DNA of 56,356 nt, the filler included, from Streblomastix strix (taxonomy: Eukaryota): the NCBI GenBank assembly GCA_008636045.1. It is 2 parts of 2 records of this genome, joined end to end, with 100 filler letters (N's around TTAATTAATTAA, not from the genome) between each part and the next. Parts side by side here need not be neighbours in the genome. Positions count along the whole stretch, not along the records: positions 1 to 28,132 come from SNRW01000131.1; 1 more part is not named here. One strand, given 5' to 3'. A model generated the notes under the pieces. The model had not been told where the DNA came from and made no database searches. It worked only from the letters and a program-made list of their open reading frames with translations. Position numbers and translations under genes: made by a program. Below, in pieces: positions 1 to 14,030 of this stretch (positions within the stretch are counted from its first letter, which is position 1; each line of letters begins with the position of its first letter).

Positions 1-564
1 CCTATATAGATTTACCAGTTACATCAGAGCAATCAAAGGGGATTAATTCTTCTGTTGACACAAAGAAATGAGTTTCATAATCATAAAGTATGTCATATGA
101 CTCTGAATCAAACACTCCAACAAATGGAATCTTCAATTTCTTTTTCTTTATCAATATCAGTTCATTGCTTATTGGATCATATTCTTCTTCATATTCAACA
201 GTAATTAAACCTTCATCATCCCAACCAAGGAAGATCTTCATATTAATATCTCCAACTTCATGAAAACATCTTTCTGAATCATCTTTCTTGCAATATTTGC
301 CATATTACATCAATGGACTATATTTGCTAATAGCTTTCTTGAATGTCGTTGTGTTGCCACTATAAATAAAACCGAAGACATAACCCTGTTTAAATTTGAA
401 ATTATTTAATAAATATAAATAATGAATTAAATAATTAATAAAAATAATAAAAATAAAATAAACCTAAAAAAAATAAGTGCACACCCTTGAGGATGACTCA
501 TGATTTATATTTGATGTGATTTTGATGACATTTGCTATGAAGATACAATTTAGTCAGACTTATC
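1..564 (-). CDS. Partial multi-exon host gene, hypothetical protein (runs off window start)
   Basis: With TAA=Gln the frame of ORF 2..241 extends to an AG acceptor at 386-387 (GYVFGFIYSGNTTTFKKAISKYSPLMQYGKYCKK...). An AT-rich intron lies at ~386-484 and a probable small exon at ~485-564. No family recognised. Confidence 0.5.
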
Positions 565-1790
565 CTATTAAATAACAATAAGAGAGAGAAAAAAAGAATA
601 CGAATAAAATTAATAAGAAAAAATAAATTTTTAACTTTTAGATAGTTTTATATTTAAAGTGATAAATATTTAATTAATTGAAAGTTTAAATATAAATATT
701 ATTTTAAATTTTCGATGAAAAATGTGTGTGTGTAGAAAAATAGGATTTTATGATGAATAATAAATCTGGTTTTTATTAGAAAATTAAGCAGTATAATTTG
801 GGAAATAATATAATATACACTTCAAAATAATATTTGATTATGATTAATAATCAATACAATTTTGTACAATAGATCACAAGCTGTCCAAATATTTTTTTTG
901 AATATGTAATAACTAGAAAGCTATTTATGATAGTGTATAAAAAATTTAATAGTAAATGTATATATTTGCAGTTCTATTAACTTTGCAAACTCAAAAGAAT
1001 CTTAATGGTCATCAATTCTACTCTGGGAATATTTCGTCTGTTTAGCGTACCAGATTTTGTAATTCATATCGGTATCCATATAACTTTATTCCAATAAACC
1101 ATTAATTGAGTTTCTATCTAATAAATTTATCTAATACATTCATTGAATTTTGCAAATCAAATTTTGGCTTTAGGACTGCTACTGCTTACTTAATTTACGA
1201 ATATACTTTTTTATTTAATGTCAAGCACAAAACTAATCAATCCACTTCATTAAATTGTTCTTCTATTAGTATAACAAAACTATTTTGCAAATTTATTTGA
1301 AATTGATTTTACCTGGCGCATAAGTTTTATATCCATCGGCCATTTATATTTTTTCTGTATTTTATTGGTTTCTACTGGTTAAATTCAATATTTAATATTT
1401 GTTAGACCTTTTCTATGAAATTAAAAGATAAAATAAAAATAATCAACAAAATAATAATTTTCATCCATAATATTATTAAATTCAGTATTTATTCTCTTTT
1501 ATTTTCCAAATTTCAGATTGTATTTTGTTTAAAACAGAAAGATGGAACATGAGAGTAGTTCTTCTTTCTAAATAACTCATGAGAAGCATCTTCTTTAGAA
1601 ACAAGGATATCAAATCTTCAACAAAATCAAGAACAGCCACGTGGACGAATATGTCCAGAATTTGAAATTTCAAATTTTTAAGTTGTAGAAGCTAACAAAA
1701 CTTTAGATTCAACATGTGCTGGAAGAGAGCACGAATGAGACATTGATTGACCTAGTAGGCATGTGTGCCGCACTACTACGCTTCGCAGAA

Positions 1791-4700
1791 ATGTCAACTT
1801 ATATCCGGATATGGATGAAGAAAGACGCATAAGGGGCCAATAATTTGATTTGGACTATAACGAAGTCATTTCACACGCAATTCAACCATTGCATGCGTTG
1901 TGACTGATACAGGGACAAGGAAGTTATGACGTAATAACCCCACAAGCAGGCCAATACTCCGCAACTGCGATGGGACCATGACAGCAGATTCCGCAGCTGG
2001 TGACGTTTACACCAACCCAGATCATATAACAATTTTACTCGGGACAACTGATACCTGGACCATAGAAACAACAATCATTCCAGCGATAAAACATGTACCC
2101 AAGAATACAATAATTTTAAGGTTTTCCGTAACCAGGCCTTTTCTAATAGGTCAAACAATCTTCAAGCTACAGTATTTAACTGCACAGTCAGCCGAGCATT
2201 AAAGAAAGTCTACATTAGTTCATATAGAATCCTCCAACAATGGAAATTTCATAAACTTAATAATCGAACGTATAAATTCCACCAGCACAAAGCTTAATAT
2301 ACCACCTAGCTTTTCAATCTAGCTTCTAAAGCCAGAACTTTAAGTAACTAAATTAAAATTTTAACCGATTACTCACGATTAGACTACCCACATTAGTACA
2401 ACAGCAATAAAATCAGGCTTAAGAACCGAGACACGTAAATGGATGATTAACAGATTCACCAGATACAGCTTTAATAAGAAGAATTGCATAGGATTAATAA
2501 CCATTATGGAATAAATTGAGCACGCAAGGAACTGATTAGAGTCTTTTCACTCCAGTACACTCCTCGAAATTATCAATAAATATGAATTAACATCAATTAA
2601 ATTCTCTCAAAGATTTCTGGGCTAAGAGAAGTTACGCGCTAAGATACATAGGTCTAAGATCTAACGGAGAACATCATAGAGGATTTGGCGATGGTCTATT
2701 AAATGTTAATGCCTTTATTCAGAGCCATGCCAGACATAACTGTCTAACAATTAATGATTGGAAAGCATTTTGGAGAGAAGTAAACTCAGATTTATATCTA
2801 GATACAGTTAGAATGAAGTTATATGAAGATTATATCCACGACCATCACCATTACTATGACCACGATCACGAAAACAATCACAGACATAACAAAGATCGAA
2901 ACGACAGGAATAATTTCCTAGATCAAGGAAGAGTCGGGAAAAGAAGAAGAATTATTTCAAGTGAATATTCAGGAAATGGATAGAATAATGAGGACTGAGT
3001 TGAAAGTCAACATCGCGAAGTTGACAGATAACAGATAAGAAAATTTAGAATTTTTCACGAGAGACGCGAACAGGTTTTATCCCCAGTTCAGTCAGTTACA
3101 GGAGCATCAATTTACATATCAAACCTCCTAACAGCTCAAGAAGAAGCTTTTCGTAGAAGAAATAACATCTCCTCCAACATCGACGAAGAGATTAGTGTTT
3201 CGTGGACAAGTCCTGAATCAACTAATTAAAAGTTAAATATCCCAATTGCAACCATTCAAACTGCCCAGTAATTACTCGCAACATAGTAGAATCAAGAATA
3301 ATTGAATTAATAGGTGAACATGCAGATCTTATAATAGATTAACTAACTTCAAGAAATTAATAGAGAAATACAAATCCAACAACAGGATGTTATTATCAAT
3401 AATTCATAATAGAATGAATAAATACAATAAATAGAAGTTATATATCTGGAGCAGGTCTTTTAATAGAATACAGAGAACACTCCAATGAATGGACAGTAGA
3501 ATATATATAACGAAGCTGAATAACCCGCCTAAACAGATACAACCCATACACCTTAAACAGAAGCACTTGACAATTTATAACTTAAACAAACAGAATAGGA
3601 TGATGAAATGAATATTAGAGCAGAATAAAATCCAATTTAACCTACATAAGTTTTCCCTGGGTTGCTTAATTTAACTCATTAAGCTTCATTATCTGAGATT
3701 GGTTCTCTAAATGAATAGTAATAAAATCTATCCCTATCATTATCGCCATCATCATCAATAATATAAATCAAGTAACATTAATAATCTGATCAGAAACAAT
3801 TCATATTTGTTACAGACCCTAACGATTAAATTATATAAGGGTATAGCAACCCAAATAAATCCCAATCGATCAAGCTATTAATCGTCTATCATTACTCTCA
3901 GAAAATCCTAAAAGACAAGCTGAAATTAAAGTATTTATTGGAAAACAGGTTTAATACATCAATAAAATTGAGTTGAATGAAAAATTTCAAAACATAATGA
4001 GCGGTATGATGAATAAACTCTAGAATCACTCCGATGAAGATGAAGCTATGAGATTAAGTATGGATATACTAAACAGATTATCGTCAGAACAACAATAGAA
4101 TATGAAGAGAGGTTTTGGACCATAAATAAGATTAATATCTTTCTATGAATCTCAAATAAAAAGGAAGATAACCGAATAGAATAGTAACACAATTCGCATT
4201 GATACGGGTTGGGATTTTGGTAGTGGGATTGTTAAACAATAAGATGAATTTCAGGGTGAATTATTAGACTTGATTCAATATTTAGAAATTAGGCCACGAG
4301 GCCAAAAGAATAAGAAATACTATCATAGAAAGCATTAGTGAAGTTAGAGAAAATAATAAAACCACTAGGCACAAACATAATGGAACTACAATAATTAGGT
4401 GTTGGACAGCCACCTTGGATCATTGTTTAGTTAGATGAGCTATTCGGGACTGCCATGGATGGCCCGAGACTAGTCATACATAAAACTGAGATCGAGACAA
4501 CCTTCCAGTAGAAGTCAAAGAATTGCCCCTTCAACGTAAACAAATCCATTAAGTTAGACTACACCTTACCCGAACTAGAATTTAAGTTCAATTTTGAATG
4601 TTGATCTTATGGGGATGATTACGAATCCATTTTCAGTTCGGAGTAGAATATAATATCAATAGACTGCAGAAGAAGCAGCAAAAGTTCATAGTGCACCCTG

Positions 4701-5050
4701 AGAGACATTTTCATCAAATGAAAATATAAGAATGGTAACATATTCTACAGACAGTGCAGTTTCTGGCTAAGTAGGGGTTGCTGGAACAAAATCAATAAAT
4801 ATTTAGACAGCACCTTCTACACAACTCCAGGGAAATCCTATTCGTGAACCAAAAGTGGAAAAGAAAGGAGGAAGGACACCTATCCGAAGTAATGCTGCAA
4901 TCACAAATGCTTCTGCTATCGCAAACAAGAACTAGAGTGAAGATTAGCAGCGAAGACAGCCAGGTGCGAGCCCCCCGGACGGTTCCAACTGATGGGAATT
5001 CAGAACAGAACAAAAGAGAATATTCATACCCTGGAAATCATTCCTAGGAC
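1791..5050 (+). pseudogene. Element 1 long 5' ORF region (gag-position), Q/N-rich, decayed
   Basis: Coding-like, more GC-rich sequence upstream of pol. Assigned by position only; no recognisable domain; boundaries approximate. Confidence 0.5.
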
Positions 5051-5052
5051 AA

Positions 5053-7037
5053 TAATGGAGGAAACATTACAAAATCAACCAAACACGGGAACGGAGCAAA
5101 AAACAATTCGTTATCTTGGGACGTGGATACTAGTAAAAGGAGTGGAATTCACAAAAAAGGGTTTTTTCTTCTATTCAAAAGCGAGGATAGCGAAAAGAGA
5201 TTGTAAGAGAGAGTGAGGATTTGTCCGTTCTCGGGCTCAAGAGAAGAGGAAATTGTATAAACGGAGAAATTAGAGGAAGAATTAAGAAAAAACATAAAAG
5301 AATAAATGCATCCAGAACAGGCTAAATGGTTTAATAAAATATCTAAAATTCTGATGCTTCACGAGAAATGGAGGGAAATTCTAGATGCGAATTCATTGAA
5401 TAAGGAGATATAAAAGACTCCTATAAAGATGAATGGAACAAATCAAGTGAGAGATTTGATAAGGAAAGGAGACTGGGCAACAAGTTTAGATCTAAAATCA
5501 GCCTTTCACCACCTAATAATATATCCACCGCACAGACCATACCTAGCATTCGAAGCAATAAGGAAAGTTTATTAATATAGAGCAATGCTTTTTGAAACAC
5601 AGCACTCCCCAATGTTCTTCGCACAAGCTCTAGCAGTGGTTCTAACTAAGATACGGAGAGAGTCAGACATATGAATATTGAATTATGTGGACGATTTGCT
5701 CCACTTACATTAGAACAAAGAAAGATTGCGAGAATAAACCTTGACAATAATGAGAATTTTGGAAGCATTTGGGTGGACAATAGCTCAAGATAAATGCGAA
5801 AGAGAACCAAAACAACAGATAAACTTCTTAGGATGGACTTGGGACTTGAAAAGGATGTATATAAAGATGTGTAACTTAAAAAAAACAAGATTTACGCTTC
5901 TAATTAAGAAGATTTATCAGCTTAACAGAGAATCAAGTCCCGATCAAGATAAAATATCTAGCATCAATAATAGGCAAACTGAATTTTTTAAGAGTCCAAG
6001 TAAGAGAAGCTTCTCTCTAACTAAAACTAATGGACTCAGCAAAGACGAGAGCATTGAAGAATAAAGAATGGAGAGAGAATATGATTCCACCCAAGGAAAT
6101 CCTTCAAGAGCTCTATTGGCGGTAGGGAGTGATAGTGAGGAATTAAGAAATGACATTAGAAGTGTAGATTCCAGAGGCAGTGATGGTATCAGACGCATCC
6201 CCAAAGGGCTGGGGAGTGACTCTGGAACTACAAACAGGAGATACTTTAGGCCAACATGGAAAATGGAACAAGGAACAGAAGAGATGGACAATTAATAAGA
6301 AGGAGATGGAAGCCATATTCTTAGGGCTATTCCATTACGGATAAATTTTTAAAGTGCTGCAAATTTAAGCGATCCTCATTAAGTCAGACAGCTCTACCGC
6401 AGTACAAGATTTTGCAAAACACAGAGCAGGTTAAACGCTGATAGTGGAAGTGAAGAAAATAGTTAAGCTATGTCAATAACTGAAAATACAAACTATAACT
6501 CAACATATTCTTGGAGTTTCAAATAAGATAATAGACGCACTAAGTAGACTAAGAGCCCAGGGCGATTTTTCAGTAAAGAAAAAGATATTCATAGCTCTGT
6601 GCCAAGCGTAGGAGACAATACCAAAATTGGACTTGTTCCCAATAGGGGTAAATAAATTCGTGGATAGATTAATAGCAATAGGAGAGGAAGTGAAAGAGAC
6701 AGAGTGGTTAAACGTGTTTATAAGACCATGAAAAGAGGAGATCTTTTGGATCCACCCACCAATTCCGAAGATTGGAAAAGCCCTGATCGCTTGGGAAAAG
6801 TTTAAACCAAAGTCAATCATGATAGCACCTTGGTGGCCAGGTCAAATATGGTTCATAAATTTACTAGCAGGTTGTAGCAGGTACATTATTATTGGGGAAA
6901 GCACTCTGATTCTGAACCCGGGGAAAGAGATGACTAAAAGGAAGAATATGCTACCACTAGGAATAATTGCGGTATTTCACTTGGACCAAGAGTCGAACAA
7001 GGAAGAAAATGATTAACAGAATTTTTATGCAACATGA
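5053..7037 (+). pseudogene. Element 1 pol: reverse transcriptase - RNase H - Dam-like N6-adenine methyltransferase domain
   Basis: KWREILDA...GDWATSLDLKSAFHHL...YRAM...NYVDDLL...FLGWTWD; VSDASPKGWG...KEMEAI...KSDSSTAV...NKIIDALSRL; LDLF...WIHPPIP...APWWPGQIW. Internal TGAs (5672, 6729) and frameshifts; ends at TGA 7035-7037. Confidence 0.9.
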
Positions 7038-8303
7038 TTGTGACCAGAGAAACCAATCAAATGATAATAGAAGGATAGAAATACTACACCCAAAAGAAGT
7101 ATATGTAGACAATGGGAGTATTTGATGATTGAATGAAATAAAAGAATTATTCAATCGAAGATGTAATAAAAAAAGAAGATACCATTCACACATACTGAAT
7201 TCATGACTTGGTTAACAAGAACTAAGAAAACAAAGCCAATATCAGTAAATCACTATAAATAAATACCTAACACAATGCTTTCCCTTTTATTTGGAACAGT
7301 GTAAGTCTCCGCAACAGCTCAGACTATTATTACATACTTAATTTCTAATTATTAGATTAATAGCCTAATATATGAGAATGCGTAAGACATCAATCAACTT
7401 TATGTGTATTGGAGAGAGACCTGATAATAATCTTCCGTCGAATGAGGAACTCCAAGTAAAGCTAGCCTCAATACTAATGACGTTATGCTTTGTGAGAAAG
7501 GAAGAGATGGCAAATATAGATCTAGCAATATCGATCATAGGTGATGAAGAACGAACAGCAGAAGTTTGCATCCCACGCAAACAATCTAGGAAAAGAGTTA
7601 TGATGTAAGAAAAACAGAGGATCCTACAGTGTGTCCTACAGACACGATTTTTGCTTAACTAGCAAGACATTGAAAGCACTTCTAACAAGGTCCAACAGAT
7701 TTCATACACTTATTCTAGACTGAGAATTGGGAGCAAGCTGATCAGAGATGCATTAATAAACGTCTTAAAAGACTTGTTCAGACACTTGGAATCAAAGGCG
7801 TTACCACAAACTCCATTAGACAAGCATCTTCTACAGAACTTGCAGCACAGCGTTTTGATGAGATAGCAATAAATGTCTTTACGCACCATATGTCAGATTC
7901 AAAGATGAACCAATAGTTCTACATTTTCGTTGCAAACATTGAGATGGATTCCATAGCATCCGCACTCGTAAACAATCACAGCGATAAGCATGCTACTAAA
8001 ACTATCTCAAAATAAAGGGGAGGAGCAAGATTCTTCAAAGGAAACATACTTCAGTAATTTCCTTTAAGAGATGATTTGTAGTTATCTCCATAGGAGACTC
8101 TTGCTTCACCTCTTTCCCTCCCGATCATTTCGTCCCAACCCATCGTCGAAGCTGAGTCTCCGAACGATCACGAGAGTGCAAAAGTCTAGAATTCGCAAAT
8201 GTAGAAGGATGACTAAGTTGTGAAACCACAGGAAGTAGCTCAAAATTCAAGTATGACAAAGGGTTCTGATAGAGCAACAACTGCAAATGCTTAGATATAA
8301 TGA
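7034..8303 (+). pseudogene. Element 1 tyrosine recombinase (YR)
   Basis: LASILMTLCFVRKEEM (catalytic R box), VCP, NSIRQASSTEL (HxxR box), FTHH, QQFY (catalytic Y). In-frame TGA at 8301-8303; frameshifted internally. Confidence 0.85.
8004..8115. repeat. Element 1 internal complementary region (ICR)
   Basis: 8070-8115 is the reverse complement of the element 3' end (gaggtgaagcatgattctcctatgaaaataat..., 8631-8677). 8004-8036 resembles the 3' ITR directly, as expected for the complement of the missing 5' ITR. Confidence 0.8.
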
Positions 8304-8679
8304 ATGAGAAGTCATAAATGAGAATGCATCAGTGTGAGTTTTTTTTATACATATGATATACAATTTTAGAACAAAATTTCTCTTTTCCACACTGCTACAA
8401 GATGAAACTAAGAGGAGGAGGTTTTTCTTTTAATTTTTTACCTTCGCATCACTAGATTATTTTTGTTTATCACTTCTCCTGGAATCTTTTTTAATCAGAG
8501 AAAACCAGTATTGGCACATCAAACAGTAATCTTTAACGCTTTCTTTTGTAGTTTTATATATGGCCGACCCATACGGATTGGCATCTCAACGGAGCATCCA
8601 GTTCCAGCGGCCCATTTGGCAATCTCAAAATAAAGAGGTGAAGCATGATTCTCCTATGAAAATAATAAAAAATAATTAT

Positions 8680-9600
8680 TATTGGAGAAATTTTCAATTT
8701 ATTAGAGAAAGATAATCCAGAAGTAACTAAAATAAAATTTAAATTCACTAATTCCTCTGAACAACTAATTCATCTTCATAATTAATTTTCTATTCAACAA
8801 ATAGAACCAGGATTTCTTAAATCTTTATATATTTTCTGCTTGAATATGTTCCTATTGAATATTAGAAGAAACTTTTTGAAAAGAGTATAATTTAATTAAT
8901 GATTAAAATATTAGATTCTAAAGATTATGCTATAAAAAAGATGCTATTAATATAATTAGAGAAATAATCAAAGCTGAATTTGATGGGTTAAAATCAGGAA
9001 AATAGCATCCACTATATTAGTAATTCTAATTAGATGGATCAATTTAAAAATTAATTCAAGCATTCAAAGATGTAAAAGATAAAGTTATACTTAAATACAT
9101 TGCATAAATACTTTCTTATTAAATCAAATCTCTTCCTCTTCCACCAGAAATCAGAAATAATGTTATTGAATAACTCAAATAAAGATATGATCTTGATTTT
9201 GATGAAATTTCATATCTTTCTGAATGTCCTGGTATACAAATTGTATATTGTTAATATTTATATTAATATAAATATTTACTTTTATATTTATTATTTTTTT
9301 TTATTATTATTTATTCCAATATGTAACACTTATAAAGACAATCATGATGCAATCCTTGCTAATTAATTTGAAATGAAACTCTTCAAAATTGAAAAATATT
9401 CCCTTGAATATCTTAATCTTTCACTTTCTATTCTTAAATATGGATCAAGTATTAATAAATTAAAATTTGCATCAGTAATTAAATAGAATGTTGAATAATT
9501 GACAATTGATGAATATGTTGATTAATGTTGTATTTGGAATTCAGATATTAAATAAGAAATTTGATCCAAATCCAAATGATTACTTTCAATAATAATAAAT
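8680..9600 (+). pseudogene. Host multicopy family gene, copy A (helical-repeat-like), decayed
   Basis: ...PLPPEIRNNVIEQLK...FDEISYLSECP, intron 9232-9337, then DNHDAILANQFEMKLF...ILKYGSSINKLKFAS. Carries frameshifts/TGA and is paralogous to the adjacent copy. Confidence 0.6.
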
Positions 9601-10116
9601 ATAATAATTGATAAAAATAATATGAATATAGTTGTTTTTACTAGTTACATAATTTGAAGTATCTAAAGATAAAAATTATAGAAAATATTTATGCGAAATA
9701 ATATTAAATTTTACTTTTGAATAAATTAATAGTTTAAAATCAAGATAGTAACAACCATTACCTTAGTTATTCTAAACAACTGGAACTATTCCGAAACTAA
9801 ATGAAATATTCAAAAATGAAAAAAATAAAGATATTCATAAATATATTACATAAGCACTTAGCTATTTTTTCAAATCTCTTCTTCATCCACCAGTAATCAG
9901 AAATAATGTTATTAATTAAATCAAAATAAATTATTGTCCAGAGTTTTTTGAAATTTCACTTTTTGATGAATGTCCTGGTATAGAAATTATTTATTATTAA
10001 ATTTATTTAAATTTATTTAAATTTATATAAATTTTAATTTTAACTAAATTTTTAATATACTTATTTTAATATTTATTTTAATATTTAAAGATAATTATGA
10101 TTCAATGATTTTTTAT

Positions 10117-10209
10117 CCCCCTATCTCCTTATCTCACTTTTTTATTGAGACACCATTGTGGCCCCAAATTGTTAGGTGCATAAACAGGCATCCAATCTAT
10201 GAGTTGGCC
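10117..10209. repeat. Element 2 3' inverted terminal repeat
   Basis: ccccctatctccttatctcacttttttattgagacaccattg...ggtgcataaacaggcatccaatctatgagttggcc matches the reverse complement of 17191-17285. Confidence 0.9.
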
Positions 10210-10959
10210 TATTTGATGCGGTAAAGAATTCAAAGAAGAAACAACAACTATACAAAAGTAATAAAAAATTACATTCGAGTCCCGGTAAAGAGAATTCAGC
10301 AAAATAAGGTAAGACGAGAAGAAATAGAAAATATAATAGTTAAAGTGGAAAAATATTAAATAATAAAAACCCTCCGAGGAAAAAATTGATTAACATTAAT
10401 AAAAAACTTAGTTAAATTTGAATAGATTTAGTAAAAATTTTTGAAAAACCTAAATAGTGAGTAAAAAATTGGTTTGAAAAAACTTCTCTCATGGGGAAAA
10501 TAATTGAAAAGAACAAGAAAAACCCCAATAAATTTGATAAATTAATGGTTTTACAGCTCATAAGATGAACTGAAATTACGGATTCTCATAGAAATACCCC
10601 AGGTAGTAATGGCATAAGTATAAAAATAACTGTTAAGCTATTGAAATTTAAAATTTAATGCGTTGATACTTCATTAACTTCATAATCATTCTTGAAAGAT
10701 TGATAAAAATTTCCTTATTCGCCTATTTCTTCTTCATATCCATCGAAACAACTCGTTGACAACTTCTCTTTATCTATAATCCGTTATCAAACTTTTCAAA
10801 CTTTGACAGAGTAATGTCCTTATCTCTGCAATATCATTCTATTCGCTATAGCCCACCTTCAGCATCATTCCGCTTGTTCGAACCTTTAGTTCTCTAGGAA
10901 ATTCTCTCTTTATTTCTGTTTCATTTCGGGTTAGGATACATGTTTTGGGTGGAGCAGAG

Positions 10960-11070
10960 GTGAGATAAGGAGATATGGAGATAACAAATCATTATCCTGT
11001 CTCCGAGGGAGACGAGGATAATAATTGGTTACCCCCTTCTCTCTTTATCTCTCCTCTTTATTGAGATACC
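10960..11070. repeat. Element 2 ICR (complement of the circle junction)
   Basis: 10960-10993 is complementary to 10104-10137 and 10991-11070 is complementary to 17248-17327. The two halves share ATT at 10991-10993. Confidence 0.92.
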
Positions 11071-12055
11071 TAGTCTAGCCTTTCATTATCCTGGCCTGAA
11101 TTACTTGTTAATTACCTAGCTATGTCATTTGCTCTTATCGAGGATGCGAAAATATAGTATTGTTAGACAGTACGTGAGTTTTAGGAGTGACGTGTAAAGG
11201 TAGCAAGATCTCTTTCAGAGATATCTAGCTTTTTCAACTGTGTGGTTGCTGAACGTCGTATTGAATATGCTGATGCATCTATTATCTTAAGCTCTTTCAA
11301 TACTTTTGGAAGTTGTAGACTGATGTCTTTTGCAGTTGTTGGTTTATTAAAATTTTATTCCACAATAAAAAATCAGTCTCTTTCAGAATTTGTTTCTTCA
11401 TTCTATCAATCAATTCATATATTACTTAATTTCAGGCTTAGTTTCTCATTATCGGTTTCGTATACATCGTATGTTTCTATTGCAATTGCATGTTTTAATG
11501 CAAATATTAGTGATGTTTTGTTCTCTGATTTTAACATTAGAGAACTTAAGCATTATTTCAGCTATTTTGTTTGGTCAGAAGAAGCGTATTAACATTATTA
11601 AAGTGGCAATTTTTTATCTGTAAATCATAATTATTAAAGTATTTGTTCTATTTCGATTTTCTCCAGTGGTGAAATAGTATTTGGATATCCCAAATGTTTT
11701 GATATCTTCTATGTTAAATTGTTGTATTTGCAAATGCCTTGTAGATTAGTTTTGAGGTTGTTGAAGATGCTAAGTTCTCTTTATTTATAAGAGAGAACAT
11801 TGTTATTAGGCGAGCTTTATGTGATTTAGCTGATACGACTGAGTTGTTTTATCTTGTGTGAAAAGCGATTACTTCTGTTATTGTTGCTTTTGCTTCTTTT
11901 TTCATCATTTCTTTGATTGATATTCTTTCTATTTCTAACCAATCCTGTAGTGATGCAATTGAGTAAAAATCTCTTTTAACAGTTTTAAACCTTTGTCTAT
12001 TAAATAGTAAGCTAACTCCTTCTTCAGAGAATCCTCTCAACTTCATGCGTCTCAT
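10989..12055 (-). pseudogene. Element 2 tyrosine recombinase
   Basis: MRRMKLRGFSEEG...; AYSIRRSATTQL...FTRHSQNSRTVQQYYIFAS; ends ...SETGQ then TGA at 10991-10989. Confidence 0.85.
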
Positions 12056-14030
12056 TAGTATGTCTCTTCCGACGTCGGCGACCGGTCCTGAAGCATGATG
12101 CCCACTTTACCTGGTAGAAGCTTTTGATCCTAGTCTTTCATTCTCTGTCCCATCTCCAGACTTCTCTCTGAAAATCCAAGTAAAAAGAATTTAATGGGTA
12201 AATTCTTTAGTTTGGTGTACTATGATTGTCCCAGCCAAATCGGTGCTATTATTATTCCCTGTGCTTTATCTTATTTCATTTTCTGTAACACTCTATTTAA
12301 TACTGGTATTGGTGGATGGATGTATTATTTGACTTTCCTCCATTTGTAATTGAACGCGTTATGGAATTGCGTCCCCAAGTCGTTGAGATCTACTGTTGCT
12401 TAATTGTTGTTTAGTTTATTATGTTGTGGTGCGAATACGTCTATCTATGGCATGAAGTTCCATGTCTTGCAAATCGCTTGTATTATTCAGTCCATCATTG
12501 TGTAGTCCCCTGATCTGCATAATCTCGTGAGTGAGTTTGTTGTTGAGTTCCGTCTCCTTGGGATGTGGATTGTTGTGATTTGCGGTTAAAGTCTTTTCAC
12601 TAGGTAAAATACCTATTTTATTCTTTCTATCATGGATTCCTTCGCTTTCCATTTCCCAATATTGCAGACTGCTGTTGCGTTATCTGAATGCATTAAAATT
12701 GCCTGATCTCACATCTTCTTGATGATTTATTCGAAACAGATTAGCCCCTAGTAAATAGTTTTAACTTCCCTAGTGTTGCTTGTTGTTTCTGTTTCTTTTT
12801 TGCTCCAGCAGTCGTGTTGTATTAATTCTATTTGACTATCATATATCGGTGTTGCTACCAGCCCTATGTTGATGCTACTGTTGTTAGCATGCATGTTATT
12901 GTTTTATTAATCAATGACTTTGTTTGATTATCCACCAATTCTCCATATCCACCATTTCAATTCCTTAATTACTACCCTGTTTACTATCATTATCCCATCC
13001 CATGACCCCGTCTTTAACGCTTGTATTTTCTCTTTGTCCAATTCAATTAGATCCAGCAACGCATCTTTTATCTGAGGTCTCGGGAAGTTCAATCTACCTA
13101 TTAGTGCTGCAAATTATCTTATCTTCACATTCTTGCTCTTTCGTATTGTGTTACATCAGTCCTTCAAAGCCTGTATCATCTTTGACTTTCTCTCTTCCGA
13201 CATTCTTATATTCATTTCTTTCAAATTCCATATCCATCCCAGGAATGTTGTTATCTATTTCGGTTCTGTCTCGCATTTGACTGTTGAAATTGTCCATCCG
13301 AAATGTTCTACTGTTTTCATTATTTCTATTGTTTAAGATTTAAGTATTTATTTGTCTAATGGGATTAGAAGTATATCGTCGCAATAGTTCAGTATTTTGA
13401 TTTGTGAATGTATTATTATTTATCGAAGGATTGACTCTATTGCTTCTGCGAAGAAGATTGTACTATGTTTAGTCCCAAAAGGAATTGCTTTTTATGAATA
13501 ATTATTATTTCTAAAATTAGATGCTAGATATGGTATTGATTTTGGAGATATTGTGATGTGGTGAATGCTGATTTGAGGTTGTCAGATGTTGCATAATCCA
13601 TTTAGTTTGTTAGATATTGAACATCCTCTAGTCTGTGCAATTTGAAGCATATTTTTTCTATTTCCATATTCAATTTGCTTGCATCCAGAATTTTTCTCCG
13701 TGTTCCATTCAGTTTCTTTATCAGGAATGTATAATTCCACCATTTCACTTGGTCCTGTTAAATAATCATTATTATTTCTTCTTCTAGTTCTTCTTTCAAC
13801 ATTTTCTGGTAAGCATCTTTCTCTTCTTTCGTTCCTCTAAATTAGGTTTTAATTCTATTCTCTTATAATCTCTATTAACCGTTTAAATTTTTTAGAATTC
13901 AGATAAAATCCGTTAAATTATGAAATCTTCTTTCTCTCTCTATTTCCATGCCTATATACATCTTTTAGTTTTTCCTCCCATTCCAGTATCGATTTCTTTA
14001 TATATCAATTCTTCAATCCTTTCTTCTATC
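12052..14030 (-). pseudogene. Element 2 pol (RT-RNase H-MTase-like)
   Basis: GGKTKRCIQAWK..., KILDASKLN, PFGTKHS, ILNYCDDILL, FLGWIW, SDNATAV, IDVFA, YIHPPIP, APIWLGQ. Multiple frameshifts; start approximate. Confidence 0.88.

Larger units (their letters stand above)
1722..8677 (+). mobile_element. DIRS-like tyrosine-recombinase retrotransposon, element 1; 5'-truncated, decayed
   Basis: RT (LDLKSAFHHL, YVDD 5684-5695), RNase H (SDASPKGWG...), MTase-like domain (LDLF...WIHPPIP...APWWP) and YR are present. The 3' terminus (~8560-8677) is complementary to the ICR at 8004-8115. No matching 5' ITR was found, so the left boundary is approximate. Confidence 0.9.

Noticed and set aside
960..1720. 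Coding-like minus-strand sequence left of element 1
   Set aside because: Multiple TGAs and frame breaks with no recognisable family; probably a decayed gene fragment that I cannot model.
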